Origin: Cytophagales bacterium
GTDB taxonomy: Bacteria; Bacteroidota; Bacteroidia; Cytophagales; UBA9547
Length of the DNA: 64,000 bases
Reading direction: 5' to 3'
Assembly (NCBI GenBank): GCA_013297755.1
Contig: JAAFIH010000024.1
Coordinates: 5,977 to 69,976 of the forward strand
Numbering within the stretch: the first letter of the stretch is position 1; each line of letters starts with the position of its first letter. Positions 40,245 through 51,028 of the stretch are shown piece by piece. Position numbers and translations under genes: made by a program. Below the pieces are notes generated by a model, which had not been told where the DNA came from, did no database searches, and saw only the letters and a program-made list of their open reading frames with translations.

Positions 40245-41258
40245 CTATTTTGAATGATAGGTTTTATTAAATAAAATAAAATAATGCCAAATAATACTTT
40301 TGGATTGCAAAATATTTACTTTTTTGGGATATAATCTACGTTTTTTTTGAATTTTATTTATAGCATAATAATACGAAAAATGAGCTTTTATTACAGCCAA
40401 TGTATCTTTATAATAGCCCTGAAAAGCAAATTTTAAACCTGCTAATCCATCCATACATAATCGTATAAATATGATACAAAAGAAATACTTTTGAGGTAAG
40501 TTTTTGTGCAATAAAAATAAACCATTTCTAAAATTGAGATAGGTTTTGGTAGCACTATTTTTGGGCAATGTGCCACCTCCAATATGGTACACTGTACTCT
40601 GCGGACAAACCATAACAGTATAACCTAGATGCTGTGCACGCCAACACAAATCGATCTCTTCCATGTGGGCAAAAAAATCTTCGTCCAAGCCACCCAGTTG
40701 AGCATAAATATCAGATTTTATGCACATACAAGCCCCAGTGGCCCAACCAACTTCTATGGCATTTTGATACTGCAAATGATCTATTTCGAGGGTTTCAAAC
40801 ACACGACCACGACAGTAAGGGTATCCCAAATTATCTAAAAAACCACCACAAGCACCTGCATATTCAAAAGTATTTTTTTGGTAATAATTTAATATTTTTG
40901 GTTGGCATATTGCTACATTTTTGTTGCTTTGCATAAGATGCAGCATAGGCATAAGCCATTGTGGCGTAACCTCTACATCGCTATTGAGTAACACAAAATA
41001 ATCGGCTTTTATTTGAGCCAAAGCAGTGTTGTATCCTTTGCAAAATCCCCCATTTTCTTTGTTTTGAATCACAAAAACAGTGGAATAATTTTTATGAATA
41101 AAATCTACAGAACCGTCAGAAGAGGCGTTGTCGGCCACATAAATTTGAACATCTGCATCATAACATGAGCTAAATGAAACAATATTGGGTAAAAATTGCT
41201 CTAAAAAATGTTTGCCATTCCAATTTAGAATTACTACTGCTACGCTAGGATTTTGCAT
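40245..41258 (-). CDS. Glycosyltransferase family 2 protein
   Basis: VVILNWNG, VADNASSDGS, LLNSDVEV, FFAHMEEIDLCWR. Confidence 0.92.
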   Translation of the reverse strand: MQNPSVAVVILNWNGKHFLEQFLPNIVSFSSCYDADVQIYVADNASSDGSVDFIHKNYSTVFVIQNKENGGFCKGYNTALAQIKADYFVLLNSDVEVTPQWLMPMLHLMQSNKNVAICQPKILNYYQKNTFEYAGACGGFLDNLGYPYCRGRVFETLEIDHLQYQNAIEVGWATGACMCIKSDIYAQLGGLDEDFFAHMEEIDLCWRAQHLGYTVMVCPQSTVYHIGGGTLPKNSATKTYLNFRNGLFLLHKNLPQKYFFCIIFIRLCMDGLAGLKFAFQGYYKDTLAVIKAHFSYYYAINKIQKKRRLYPKKVNILQSKSIIWHYFILFNKTYHSK

Positions 41259-41276
41259 TGTATTTGCAAATATAAG

Positions 41277-42257
41277 CTATGCTTGTAAATGTGTTTGCAA
41301 ATATTTTATTTTTTTAGAAACATCAGCTATTTCGGATGCAACAGATACAAATGAAGCCGATTTTTGTAACTTTTCATGTAATTGTATCAAAAAATTAAGA
41401 TAAGATGTCGTATGTTCTTGGAATGGACGATGCAACAAATCTTTTTGAATAGACTGAAAAAATGACATATTTGTGATAGTCGTTGGGTCAAAAACTGATT
41501 CCTGAAATTTTTGCCAAATATAATCCACAGCTTGGTTTGTAGGATGCAACATATCTGATTCATAAAACCTATAATCACGTAAGTCGTCTTGCATAATTTC
41601 AAATGCAGGAAAATAAAAAATATTACTATATTTTTGGGTTAATTCATGACAAAAAATCCTTAAAATAGACTTTGAAACACTATTGATAGGTAAGGTTTCT
41701 TTTAAATGCCGTACAGGACTTATAGTAAGTAAAATTTTAATTTTTGGATTTAAAATTAGTAATTTATCATAAAATAATTGAAAATATGTAAGCATCTCTT
41801 CATTGCTAAGCAAGCGTTTTTGGAACAGGTCTGAAGGCATTTTTTGGCAATTAGAAACTATACTATTATTACTCTTTAGGGTATAAATCATGGCTGTACC
41901 AAAAGTAATGATTAAGCCATCTGATTTGGAAATTAATTCTTCATTTAAAACAATATTTTGAGAAATTTTAGTTTCCAATTCTTTTTGATTGGCTCCAAAG
42001 ACTTGGCTGTGGGCTTGATAAGTGTAATGTATATGATTATTTTCTATGATTTGATATGGATTGGTTGGTAATAAATTTTCAAAAATTGAAATTGGATTAT
42101 AAGCTATACCAAATGAATTTTCATAGGAATTAAATTTATAAGAAATCAATTTTTGATGTATATTCTGAGCAAAACAAGAACCAATACAAAAAAAAGTAGA
42201 TTTATAATTGAACAAATTTTCTAGCTTAGAGGGGATTATTTCGGTACGAAATTGCAT
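41277..42257 (-). CDS. GSCFA domain-containing protein (SGNH-like)
   Basis: IGSCFA, TISPVRH, YFPAFEIMQDDLRDYRFY...DMLHP; start moved to MQFRTE. Confidence 0.9.
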   Translation of the reverse strand: MQFRTEIIPSKLENLFNYKSTFFCIGSCFAQNIHQKLISYKFNSYENSFGIAYNPISIFENLLPTNPYQIIENNHIHYTYQAHSQVFGANQKELETKISQNIVLNEELISKSDGLIITFGTAMIYTLKSNNSIVSNCQKMPSDLFQKRLLSNEEMLTYFQLFYDKLLILNPKIKILLTISPVRHLKETLPINSVSKSILRIFCHELTQKYSNIFYFPAFEIMQDDLRDYRFYESDMLHPTNQAVDYIWQKFQESVFDPTTITNMSFFQSIQKDLLHRPFQEHTTSYLNFLIQLHEKLQKSASFVSVASEIADVSKKIKYLQTHLQA

Positions 42258-42287
42258 GAATTTGATAAAAATTAAAACAAAAATAGT

Positions 42288-42456
42288 TTTTATAAACACA
42301 AAATATCAGAAATGTGGTAGATGGAAGTACCCTATCCAACAGGAAAAGATAAATTTCAGCGCGTATCTATGATGCCATGTAGCTATTCTGATTACGAAAG
42401 TGAAACAAAAGGCGAACTACCTATTCGCTGGATAAGCACACATGCTAAATTGATAA
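42288..42456 (+). pseudogene. Remnant of the C-terminus of a Bacteroidota arginase/formimidoylglutamase-family gene
   Basis: In-frame FYKHKISEMW*MEVPYP...PCSYSDY...GELPIRWISTHAKLI; TAG at 42318-42320 where WWMEVP is expected; rest of the gene absent. Confidence 0.65.
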
Positions 42457-42534
42457 AGAAGTTTATTCCAATAAAATTGATAGATTATACAAATTTATAT
42501 TCTTTTCAAAATAGATAAGTAATTTTTTTTAAAA

Positions 42535-43632
42535 TTACACTTTAATATCAACTACTTTAGTTTTGTCAAAATTAGCATTTCTAATAGCTATTTGTTGTGC
42601 TACAGATTGGGCCAAAATATCAAACGAACGCCCTACAATGGCACTTTGCAAAGCCACTGGCATACCAGAATCTCCACCTTCACGCACAGATTGAACTAAT
42701 GGTATCTCTCCCAAAAAAGGTACATTATTTTTTTCTGCCAACTGTTTTCCACCACCTTTGCCAAAAATATAATATTTATTATCAGGCAATTCTTCTGGAG
42801 TAAAATAGCTCATATTTTCGACTACACCCAAAATAGGTACATTAATATTGGGCAACAAAAACATACTCATACCTTTTTGGGCATCGCTAGTGGCTACTTT
42901 TTGAGGGGTTGTAACTATTAAAGCACCTGTAATTGGTAAGGTTTGCACTAAAGTAAGATGAATATCGCCAGTGCCTGGTGGCAAATCTATCAACAAATAA
43001 TCCAAATCGCCCCAAAGTACATCTGTAATGAATTGTCGCAATGCACTACTTACCATAGGGCCTCTCCAAGTTACAGCACTGTCTTTAGGTATTAATACAC
43101 CAATAGAAATGAGCTCTACGCCATATTTTTCTAACGGAATAATCATATTTTTGCCCTCAACAGAAGTCATGTTGGGTTGTTCGTTTTCAATCCCAAACAT
43201 GGTAGGTATAGATGGGCCAGATATATCGGCATCTATTAATCCAACTTTGGCTCCAGCCTTGGATAATGCTACTGCCAAGTTGCTAGTAACAGTAGATTTG
43301 CCAACACCACCCTTGCCTGAGGCAATGGCAATGATATTTTTAATTTTAGGTAATAATTTATCAACACCTTCTCGTATTGAAGATACTTGAGCAGTAAGAT
43401 TTATTATAATTTCATAGTCATTTCCATAAAATTTTATGATGGCCTCTCTACAGTTTTTTTTGATTAGTTCTTTAAGAGGACAAGCTGGGGTAGTAAGTAC
43501 AACTGTAAAATTAATTTTTTGATGATCTAAAATAATATCTTTAATCATACCAAGCGTAACCAAATCTTTTTTTAAGTCAGGCTCTTCTACTGTACTGAGT
43601 GCTTTTAAAATATCTTTTGATGTTAAATTCAT
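42535..43632 (-). CDS. Mrp/NBP35 (ApbC) Fe-S cluster carrier ATPase
   Basis: LTTPACPLK, ASGKGGVGKST, WRGPM, DLPPGTGD, GVVENMS. Confidence 0.95.
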   Translation of the reverse strand: MNLTSKDILKALSTVEEPDLKKDLVTLGMIKDIILDHQKINFTVVLTTPACPLKELIKKNCREAIIKFYGNDYEIIINLTAQVSSIREGVDKLLPKIKNIIAIASGKGGVGKSTVTSNLAVALSKAGAKVGLIDADISGPSIPTMFGIENEQPNMTSVEGKNMIIPLEKYGVELISIGVLIPKDSAVTWRGPMVSSALRQFITDVLWGDLDYLLIDLPPGTGDIHLTLVQTLPITGALIVTTPQKVATSDAQKGMSMFLLPNINVPILGVVENMSYFTPEELPDNKYYIFGKGGGKQLAEKNNVPFLGEIPLVQSVREGGDSGMPVALQSAIVGRSFDILAQSVAQQIAIRNANFDKTKVVDIKV

Positions 43633-43746
43633 ATTAAAAATGTATAAATTATTTGGTAAAGGTAATAAATAATTTTTAGACTAAGATTTATAAATTGAAA
43701 TTAGAAATGTACATATTTATTAGAATATATGTATAATTATTACTTT

Positions 43747-44700
43747 TTACATCACTATTTCAAATTGATGTAGTTTAGTAAAATCTAAAATAGTTGCATT
43801 TCCATTTGCATTAGATGTAAACATAGGCACAAATTTAGCTCCATGAACAATATCTTGGAAAGTGTAACTATAATTTTTAACAACAATATTACTGTATGTA
43901 TCATCAAATGCCTTCAAATGAATAATCAATTCCATTTTATCATCTTGTAGGTCTTCTAAGTCAAAGCCGTATATAGGACTATTTTCGTTGATTGGATGAA
44001 CTATAGTCCAGCTAAGTATAAAAGTACTAATCTTACTTATTTCGGTTTCTAGTTTATAATATTTATTTACCATCACTCCATTTTCTTCAACTTTAAGCAC
44101 CATTGAAACAAAAATTTCAGCTTCAGATAATTGGGTATTTTTGTAAGGTGCCATCCTAAACATGAGAGCAAAAATGCCTTTGTGTGGTGTTACAAGTAAG
44201 TTATTACTAAATTTTACAAACGATTGTGGACGTACAAATCTACTATAAAGCAAACCAGTGGCCACTGCAAGTATCAAAACACCAATAATGGCCTCAATAG
44301 AAGCTACCAAACTAGCCCAGAAACTATTAGGACTAATATGGCCATAACCAACGGTAGTCAGTGTTTGGGTGCTAAAGAAAAAACATTCACTAAAAAACGA
44401 TAAATTTGAATCATTTGTCAATACCATTTCTACGGCTTCTCTACCTAAAAAATAGTAAATAAATGCAAAAATAAGATTAATAATTAAGTAAGAAGTAAAT
44501 ATAATTAAATAAAATTGTCGCCACGATAATTCTACTAAAGTATGGTATAAACTATGACTTTCTATAAAAGATAATCCTGTTTTTTTTACAGTAGCTTTGC
44601 CTTTAGTATCAAAAATTCTATCACTAGATTGTTCGGTTTTAGCTCCAAATCCAGTATTAATGGTTTCATTGGCAGCTTTTTCATAAGGTTTTCTTAGCAT
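43747..44700 (-). CDS. Inward-rectifier potassium channel (KirBac-like)
   Basis: Two TM helices, FFFSTQTLTTVGYG filter, WTIVHPINENSP cytoplasmic domain. Confidence 0.9.
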   Translation of the reverse strand: MLRKPYEKAANETINTGFGAKTEQSSDRIFDTKGKATVKKTGLSFIESHSLYHTLVELSWRQFYLIIFTSYLIINLIFAFIYYFLGREAVEMVLTNDSNLSFFSECFFFSTQTLTTVGYGHISPNSFWASLVASIEAIIGVLILAVATGLLYSRFVRPQSFVKFSNNLLVTPHKGIFALMFRMAPYKNTQLSEAEIFVSMVLKVEENGVMVNKYYKLETEISKISTFILSWTIVHPINENSPIYGFDLEDLQDDKMELIIHLKAFDDTYSNIVVKNYSYTFQDIVHGAKFVPMFTSNANGNATILDFTKLHQFEIVM

Positions 44701-44708
44701 ATTTAATT

Positions 44709-46022
44709 TTATTTAAAAGCCCAACGTGATAATTCAATGATTGATATTTTCTTACCATAAAGCAACAATCCTGTTCTATAAATTTTTGAACTAACTACAA
44801 CAGATAAGCACAATGTAACGAATAAGATTATAATTGATAATACAATCTCAAAATTACTTACTCCAAAAGGTAATCTTACTAGCATAGCAACAGGCGAAGT
44901 AAATGGAATCAAACTCAAGCAAATAGAAATTTTAGCGTCTGGATTTTGTAAAATATATTGTGCAAATAAAAAGGATAACAAAAGTGGTAAAGTGAGCGGA
45001 AGAATAAACTGCTGAGTATCGGTTTCGGAATCTACTGCGGCACCAATAGCTGCAAAAAAAGAAGCATAAAGTAAATATCCTATTACAAAATAAATGATAA
45101 ATAATATTACTAATTTCGTAATTGAAATATCAGAAGTTAGTTCCACTAAAGAGTTCATTTCTAGTGCTTTAGCTTGGTCTATTGGGTTGATTTTTGATAA
45201 TGTTTTTTCTATGTTTTCGTTTGAAAATCGCTGTAATTGAAATTTAGTTTGCACAAAATTGCTTACTAAAATGGTAATAAATATCCAAATCAAAAATTGG
45301 GTAAAACTTACACAAGCTATTCCAAATATTTTACCAGACATCATCTCTAATGGTTTGACAGAAGTGGCCATTACTTCTACCACTCTGCTGGATTTTTCTT
45401 CTAATACACCCCTCATTACTTGCATTCCATACATAATAATAAAAAAATAAATCAATACTGCCATAGATAATCCAAGTGCATTTTTAAATTCAGTATTAGA
45501 ATTATGTTTATTACCAAAAATAAATTTATTTTTAATCTCTATTTTTGAAGATAATTTACTTTTAATATCTGCATTTATAGTAATATTTTCAATAATAATC
45601 CTATTTTTAAAATTATTTATTTGATAATTAAGTTCATCTATAACTTGGCTTGATACACTATTTTTGGAGTACAAAACTGGATGTATAATTGTAGAATTAT
45701 GCCCGTTTAAACACAATAAAGCATCATAATCTGAATTTATAAATGTAGATTTGGCTTGAATAGTATCGAAGTAAATATAAGATACATCAATTTTTGAAAC
45801 ATCAAATTTTATAGTATCACTGTTGATAATAGCATTGTTACAAACTAAAATTTTTAGATTTGGTTGAGTGTCTATGCCTAACCACACTGGTACAACAAGA
45901 ATTGCAGATAGCAACACTGGTCCTAAAATAGTCATCCATAAAAATGTTTTTTTTCTTACTGCAACCAAAAATTCTCTTTGGGCAACAAGTACAATTTTAC
46001 GGACCGAAATATTTGGCATCAC
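44709..46022 (-). CDS. ABC-2 type transporter permease (NatB/YhaP-like)
   Basis: REFLVAVRKK, VMRGVLEEKSSRVVEV...MSGKIFG, IPFTSPVAMLVR, KIYRTGLLLYG. Confidence 0.88.
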   Translation of the reverse strand: MMPNISVRKIVLVAQREFLVAVRKKTFLWMTILGPVLLSAILVVPVWLGIDTQPNLKILVCNNAIINSDTIKFDVSKIDVSYIYFDTIQAKSTFINSDYDALLCLNGHNSTIIHPVLYSKNSVSSQVIDELNYQINNFKNRIIIENITINADIKSKLSSKIEIKNKFIFGNKHNSNTEFKNALGLSMAVLIYFFIIMYGMQVMRGVLEEKSSRVVEVMATSVKPLEMMSGKIFGIACVSFTQFLIWIFITILVSNFVQTKFQLQRFSNENIEKTLSKINPIDQAKALEMNSLVELTSDISITKLVILFIIYFVIGYLLYASFFAAIGAAVDSETDTQQFILPLTLPLLLSFLFAQYILQNPDAKISICLSLIPFTSPVAMLVRLPFGVSNFEIVLSIIILFVTLCLSVVVSSKIYRTGLLLYGKKISIIELSRWAFK

Positions 46023-46028
46023 ATCTTA

Positions 46029-46952
46029 CTAAAAATTAATAGTAGTTTCACGTCTTCTCATTTTGCCGGCAGGTATGCCAAACATCATCTTAAATCTTCT
46101 ACAAAAATAAGCGGTATCTTTGTAGCCAGTTTCTTTCGCAATGTCTCTAATGCTTGATTTTGAGGTTCTAAGTAGGTTTACTGCAGCCTCCATACGCTGA
46201 TATTCAATGTAATCTTGTGGATTGATGCCTGTAAGCAATTTAAAATATTGGCCTACATAATCCTCAGAAACATTGGCAATATTGGCCAGTTGTTGGTTTG
46301 ATAAATCTCCATTTAGATTATCCCTGATGTATGAAAAAATATTTATCAATCTTGGGTCTTTAAAATAAGTAACATTGGTAGCCAATTGTTCTACAAAAAG
46401 TCCATTAATGATGATATATCGTATGATTTCTACACCTATTCTTTCTGTATTTAGTTTTATAATTCGCTCTTTACCTGGCTCTTCAGTAAATTGAATTTTT
46501 ACAAGTTCCATAAAAATATCAAATATTATTTTGTTGTTTGATATTTTAAAAGGTGGAATATCCAAAGAAGAAAAAAAGTTTACAGTATCAAAAACTTTGG
46601 CATCAAAAGTAATATAGGAAATAGAATCTGGCACATTACCTATCAATTTTACATCTTTGATGCTGGCAAAATACTTTTCTTTATTAGTTACGTACTCTTC
46701 ATTAGTAATTTTTTTTGCTCCTTTATCACCATAAGTGATAGGCATTAATTTGCCGCCAGGGATAAAAAGCATTTCACCTTCAGAAACAACAGCTTGGTCG
46801 TTTCCAAAGTAAATATTTCCTTTATTGACTAATATAAGTCTATTTTCAACATCATAAAAATTGGTAATAAACATAGGAGTAAGAATTTTTAAGTTCTTAG
46901 CTTTTATAAACTTAATTCCTAATGATTCTATTATTTTATTGTAATCTTCCAT
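46029..46952 (-). CDS. AraC family transcriptional regulator
   Basis: C-terminal double HTH: LANIANVSEDYVGQYFK...GYKDTAYFCRRFKMMFG. Confidence 0.9.
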   Translation of the reverse strand: MEDYNKIIESLGIKFIKAKNLKILTPMFITNFYDVENRLILVNKGNIYFGNDQAVVSEGEMLFIPGGKLMPITYGDKGAKKITNEEYVTNKEKYFASIKDVKLIGNVPDSISYITFDAKVFDTVNFFSSLDIPPFKISNNKIIFDIFMELVKIQFTEEPGKERIIKLNTERIGVEIIRYIIINGLFVEQLATNVTYFKDPRLINIFSYIRDNLNGDLSNQQLANIANVSEDYVGQYFKLLTGINPQDYIEYQRMEAAVNLLRTSKSSIRDIAKETGYKDTAYFCRRFKMMFGIPAGKMRRRETTINF

Positions 46953-47309
46953 CGTATTTAAAGATAAAAATGAACTCTAAATTGTACTTATTTAATATTT
47001 ATGGTTTATAACATTATGTATATTTGATATAGTTCTTTTGGTTATATTATTAATCAAAACGTATTTAATACAAATATTATTACATCGCAATATTAAATAA
47101 AATATAATAATAATAATAATATTTTTAATTTTTTAATAAAAAATAATAAAAATATCAAAATTTCGTAGATTAAAATAATTATATTTTATAATGTTTTATT
47201 TCTATAAATCATTTTTTTTTTATTGCTTTGTACATAATTAGTAAAATATAATTTGAAATTTAATTATTTTCTAATTAGTAATTTTAACAAAAATTTTTAA
47301 AATTTTTAA

Positions 47310-49985
47310 ATGAAAAGAAGAGATTTTATTACACAATCTTCGATGGGTTTTGTAACTGCTGGTGCCGTTTTATCAGGTTTAGAGGCTGAAGCAAAAAGTA
47401 AAGAAATGGCTTCAACTTCAAAGTATTTTTCAGAAAATAATACTTTTGCATTACCCAAAAATAAAGAGATAATGCGTAGTTTGGATAAAGCTAGAAGTGG
47501 CGTTCATATAGGTGGTATTGGTGCTGGTGGTGCCGAACTCAGAAAAGATGGCATTTTCTATAATTGGAGTATCATGAACAATGCTCCAAAAGGTACAGGA
47601 CGTTTTTATAGCCACAATGTCAAAGAAAAAATGGTTGAATCAGAACGCACATTATATCCCAATCAAGATGATTATGTGTTATTTTTTATAGTTAGATATA
47701 AATCCGAGAGCGGTGAGCAAAAAATGAAAATCTTACAAATAGATGAAGGTTTCAAAGTTGCTGGAGTTGATATGCACGTATATGAATTTCCGTGGATGAG
47801 TGGTATCGAACAAATTGAATATAATGCTACTTTTCCTACTACAGCGCTTAAATTTACTGATTCTGAAATGCCTTTTGCTGTTGAAATTACTGCTTGGGCA
47901 CCATTTATTCCCCATGACATCAAAAACTCTTCCTTACCTTTAATGTATTTTGATGTCAAAATTACTGATGTTCAAAACCCATTAGAGGTAATGATTACCA
48001 TGAATGTGAAAAGTTTGGTAGGTTATGATACAAAAGAAAAAGTTTGGAAATCGTCTATAAACAAGACTTCAACCTATTTTTCGGCCACTTCTTCGGCCGA
48101 TTTCAGTCCAAAAGCTAGTTCCTATGGCAATATATCATTTGGTTCTATTAATCCTAATACTTCTTACCAATTAGGTTGGGGCCACAGACATCAATACCAT
48201 GAATGGGTTTTAAGAAATAATGTACTAAAAAATACAGATGATACAAACACAGGCAGAAATGGGTTTGACGATAAACTCAATAAAATAAATGGAGATGAGG
48301 TTAATTTCAATTCATTGGCTGTTTCTGGGAAACTAAATAAAGGTAATTCACTAGAAAATACATTTATATTAACATGGAATTTCCCAAATTTATATGACGA
48401 ATCTGACAAAAATATAATCGGACATTATTACTCAAATTTTTTTAATACTTCAGATGAGGTTATGTCTTATGCTATATCAAATTATGCTCAATTAAAAGCT
48501 AAAACATATCAATTTCTTACTTCTTTTTATGATTCTACAGCACCTCAATTTGTATTAAACCAAGTCAATTCTCAATTAAATACATTTATAACTAGTGGAA
48601 TATTGAGCAAAAAAATGGAATTTGGGGTTTTGGAGGGTATCACACAACACATGAGCTGGGGGCCAGTGGGCACCACAGATGTCAATATGTATGGTGGCGT
48701 AATGGTAAGTAGCTTGTTTCCAGAGTTGGCCAAATCTACCATGAAAGTTCACAAAATATTACAACTAGAATCTGGCGAAATTCGCCATAGTTTCAAAAAA
48801 GGTTTTGCTGAAGCACTTTTGAGTGTAGCTGGTGTTTCAGATAGACTTGATCTACATGCCCAATATGCAGTGATGGTTTTGAGAGATTTTTTCCTAACAA
48901 ATGATCTAGCATATTTAAAAGACATGTGGCCTTCTGTAAAAAAAGCACTTGATTATACAATATCTAAAAGAGATTTGAATGGCGATAAACAGCCCGACAT
49001 GACTGGTATCATGAGCAGTTACGATAATTTTGCTATGTATGGCATGGCTGCTTACGTGCAATCTCAATGGCTTAGTGCATTGGCAAGTGCTTTAGAAGCG
49101 GCCAAAACTTTAAAAGATATTGATTTTAGTAAGAAATACACACCAATTTTTGAATCTGGAAAAAAACTTGCAGAGCAAAAATTATGGAATGGAAAGTACT
49201 ATAGATTGTATAATTCTGACCTCAAAACTATGAAAACAAAAGATGGTGCTGGCAAAGAAATTATCAAAGACATGGCTGGCGTGGATGAAGGTTGTCTTAC
49301 AGATCAAATTATTGGTCAGTGGGCAGCACATTGGTCTGGGCTGGGCGATATATTTGAAACCAATAATAGAAAAACAGCACTAAAAAACATTTTGGAAATG
49401 TCCTACAAATCAAATTTTGGACTAAGAAACTGTGCTTGGCCCGAAGATAAAGGTGGTTTGCATCCCATAGCACCTGATGTGTGGGTAGATCAAGCCAATA
49501 CTTGCTGGAGTGGAGTGGAACTTTCTTTTGCATCTTTCTTACTCTATGAAGGATTATACGATGAGGCCTTAAAGGTAATAAAAACGGTTGATGATCGATA
49601 CATTAAATGTGGGCGTTATTTTGATCATCAAGAATTTGGTGGACATTATTTTAGACCCATGGGAGCCTGGGGAATTATAAACGGTCTTTTAGGATTAGGT
49701 GTAAATCAAGGAAAATATATATTTTCTCCCAAATTAAAAGATAATTTTAAACTATTTTTTAGTTTCCCTGGTGGATATGGCAATGTATCGTCCCAAGAAA
49801 ACAAAGTTTATATAGAAATATTGAGCGGAGAATTTCAAATTTCCTCACTTCAATTTTCTACAAAATTTGGTAATGCTAAAATAGGAAATCAAATATTCAA
49901 AAATGTATCTAAATCTGATAGTTCTTTATTTGATTTTAAAACTATATTAAAAGTTGCTGAAACGCAAAAAATAGAACTTTCATAA
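47310..49985 (+). CDS. GH116-family glycoside hydrolase with Tat signal peptide
   Basis: MKRRDF twin-Arg, SGVHIGGIGAG N-domain, KLWNGKYY, DQIIGQW, EFGGHYFRPMGAW. Confidence 0.85.
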   Translation: MKRRDFITQSSMGFVTAGAVLSGLEAEAKSKEMASTSKYFSENNTFALPKNKEIMRSLDKARSGVHIGGIGAGGAELRKDGIFYNWSIMNNAPKGTGRFYSHNVKEKMVESERTLYPNQDDYVLFFIVRYKSESGEQKMKILQIDEGFKVAGVDMHVYEFPWMSGIEQIEYNATFPTTALKFTDSEMPFAVEITAWAPFIPHDIKNSSLPLMYFDVKITDVQNPLEVMITMNVKSLVGYDTKEKVWKSSINKTSTYFSATSSADFSPKASSYGNISFGSINPNTSYQLGWGHRHQYHEWVLRNNVLKNTDDTNTGRNGFDDKLNKINGDEVNFNSLAVSGKLNKGNSLENTFILTWNFPNLYDESDKNIIGHYYSNFFNTSDEVMSYAISNYAQLKAKTYQFLTSFYDSTAPQFVLNQVNSQLNTFITSGILSKKMEFGVLEGITQHMSWGPVGTTDVNMYGGVMVSSLFPELAKSTMKVHKILQLESGEIRHSFKKGFAEALLSVAGVSDRLDLHAQYAVMVLRDFFLTNDLAYLKDMWPSVKKALDYTISKRDLNGDKQPDMTGIMSSYDNFAMYGMAAYVQSQWLSALASALEAAKTLKDIDFSKKYTPIFESGKKLAEQKLWNGKYYRLYNSDLKTMKTKDGAGKEIIKDMAGVDEGCLTDQIIGQWAAHWSGLGDIFETNNRKTALKNILEMSYKSNFGLRNCAWPEDKGGLHPIAPDVWVDQANTCWSGVELSFASFLLYEGLYDEALKVIKTVDDRYIKCGRYFDHQEFGGHYFRPMGAWGIINGLLGLGVNQGKYIFSPKLKDNFKLFFSFPGGYGNVSSQENKVYIEILSGEFQISSLQFSTKFGNAKIGNQIFKNVSKSDSSLFDFKTILKVAETQKIELS

Positions 49986-49994
49986 CAAATATTT

Positions 49995-50026
49995 GGGGGA
50001 TTATTCCTTTAAAATCCCCCTTTTTT
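49995..50026 (+). terminator. Intrinsic terminator
   Basis: gggggatt...aatccccc followed by tttttt. Confidence 0.8.
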
Positions 50027-50051
50027 GATACCTTTTTCTGTTATACTAAAA

Positions 50052-50519
50052 TTATTTGCCTTTTTTATTAGGGCAGTTTTCAATTTTGCATTGGCCATAG
50101 AGTATAAATGAATGGTGCATAATCTTAGTATTAAAAACCTCTTCTATCATAGCTTGTGTATTTTGTAATCTAGGGTCACAAAATTCTTTTACCAAATGAC
50201 AATCCACACAAATCATGTGATCATGTTGTTTGTTTCCGTAAGATTTTTCAAATTGTGCTTGATTTTTTCCAAATTGATGTTTTGTTACAAGATTACAATC
50301 CATAAAAATTTCTAAAGTATTGTATACAGTAGCTCTACTTACTCTATAATTTTTATTTTTCATGCTTACATACAGCATTTCTACATCAAAATGGTCGCTT
50401 CTAAAGTAGATTTCTTCTAAAATTGCAAACCTTTCAGGCGTTTTTCTGAGTTCTTTTTTTTCCAAATAAGCGGTAAGTACTTTTTTTACTTCTTCTATTA
50501 TTTTTGGATCAGTAACCAT
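50052..50519 (-). CDS. fur: Fur family transcriptional regulator
   Basis: [30 protein letters not shown], terminal CxxxxC. Confidence 0.88.
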   Translation of the reverse strand: MVTDPKIIEEVKKVLTAYLEKKELRKTPERFAILEEIYFRSDHFDVEMLYVSMKNKNYRVSRATVYNTLEIFMDCNLVTKHQFGKNQAQFEKSYGNKQHDHMICVDCHLVKEFCDPRLQNTQAMIEEVFNTKIMHHSFILYGQCKIENCPNKKGK

Positions 50520-50583
50520 AATAATTATTTTTTATCTCAATTTCAGTAATATAACAAATAAAACCACGAAAATAAATGTGGCA

Positions 50584-51000
50584 TTATTTTACTTTTTCAA
50601 AAAATTCGGTTCTTCCCAAGAGTGAAATTCCAAGAAAACCTCTAATTTTTAAATTTTCATTTTCCATCCACATTTTACAACTATAGGTTTTGCCACTTTC
50701 TGGGTCATAAATTTCTCCATCTATGTATTCATTGTTATTCTTATTAAACTTAAAATTTTTCATTATTTCCATACCAATCACTTGCTTAGACCTCAAAGCA
50801 GGATTAGGATTTAGGGTATCTTTTCTTGGATTTTTTCCTTCTAATACTTTTCCAAAAAATAAATTATTTCGTGTAGTTATTTCAATTTTGCCATCCTTTT
50901 TGGGTGTCCAATAGATACCAACAACTTTGTTTGGATTTTGCTGACCAAAACTTATTATAGAGCAAAACAACAAAGTAATAATATAAGATATTTTATTCAT
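50584..51000 (-). CDS. DUF2147 domain-containing protein
   Basis: DTLNPNPALR, GEIYDPESGKTY, LKIRGFLGISLLGRT. Confidence 0.88.
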   Translation of the reverse strand: MNKISYIITLLFCSIISFGQQNPNKVVGIYWTPKKDGKIEITTRNNLFFGKVLEGKNPRKDTLNPNPALRSKQVIGMEIMKNFKFNKNNNEYIDGEIYDPESGKTYSCKMWMENENLKIRGFLGISLLGRTEFFEKVK

Positions 51001-51028
51001 TCGTATTTATTTATAATTTTTTTAAAAA

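Noticed and set aside
42321-42518. 65-aa ORF as an independent gene
   Set aside because: Better explained as a pseudogene remnant downstream of a nonsense codon
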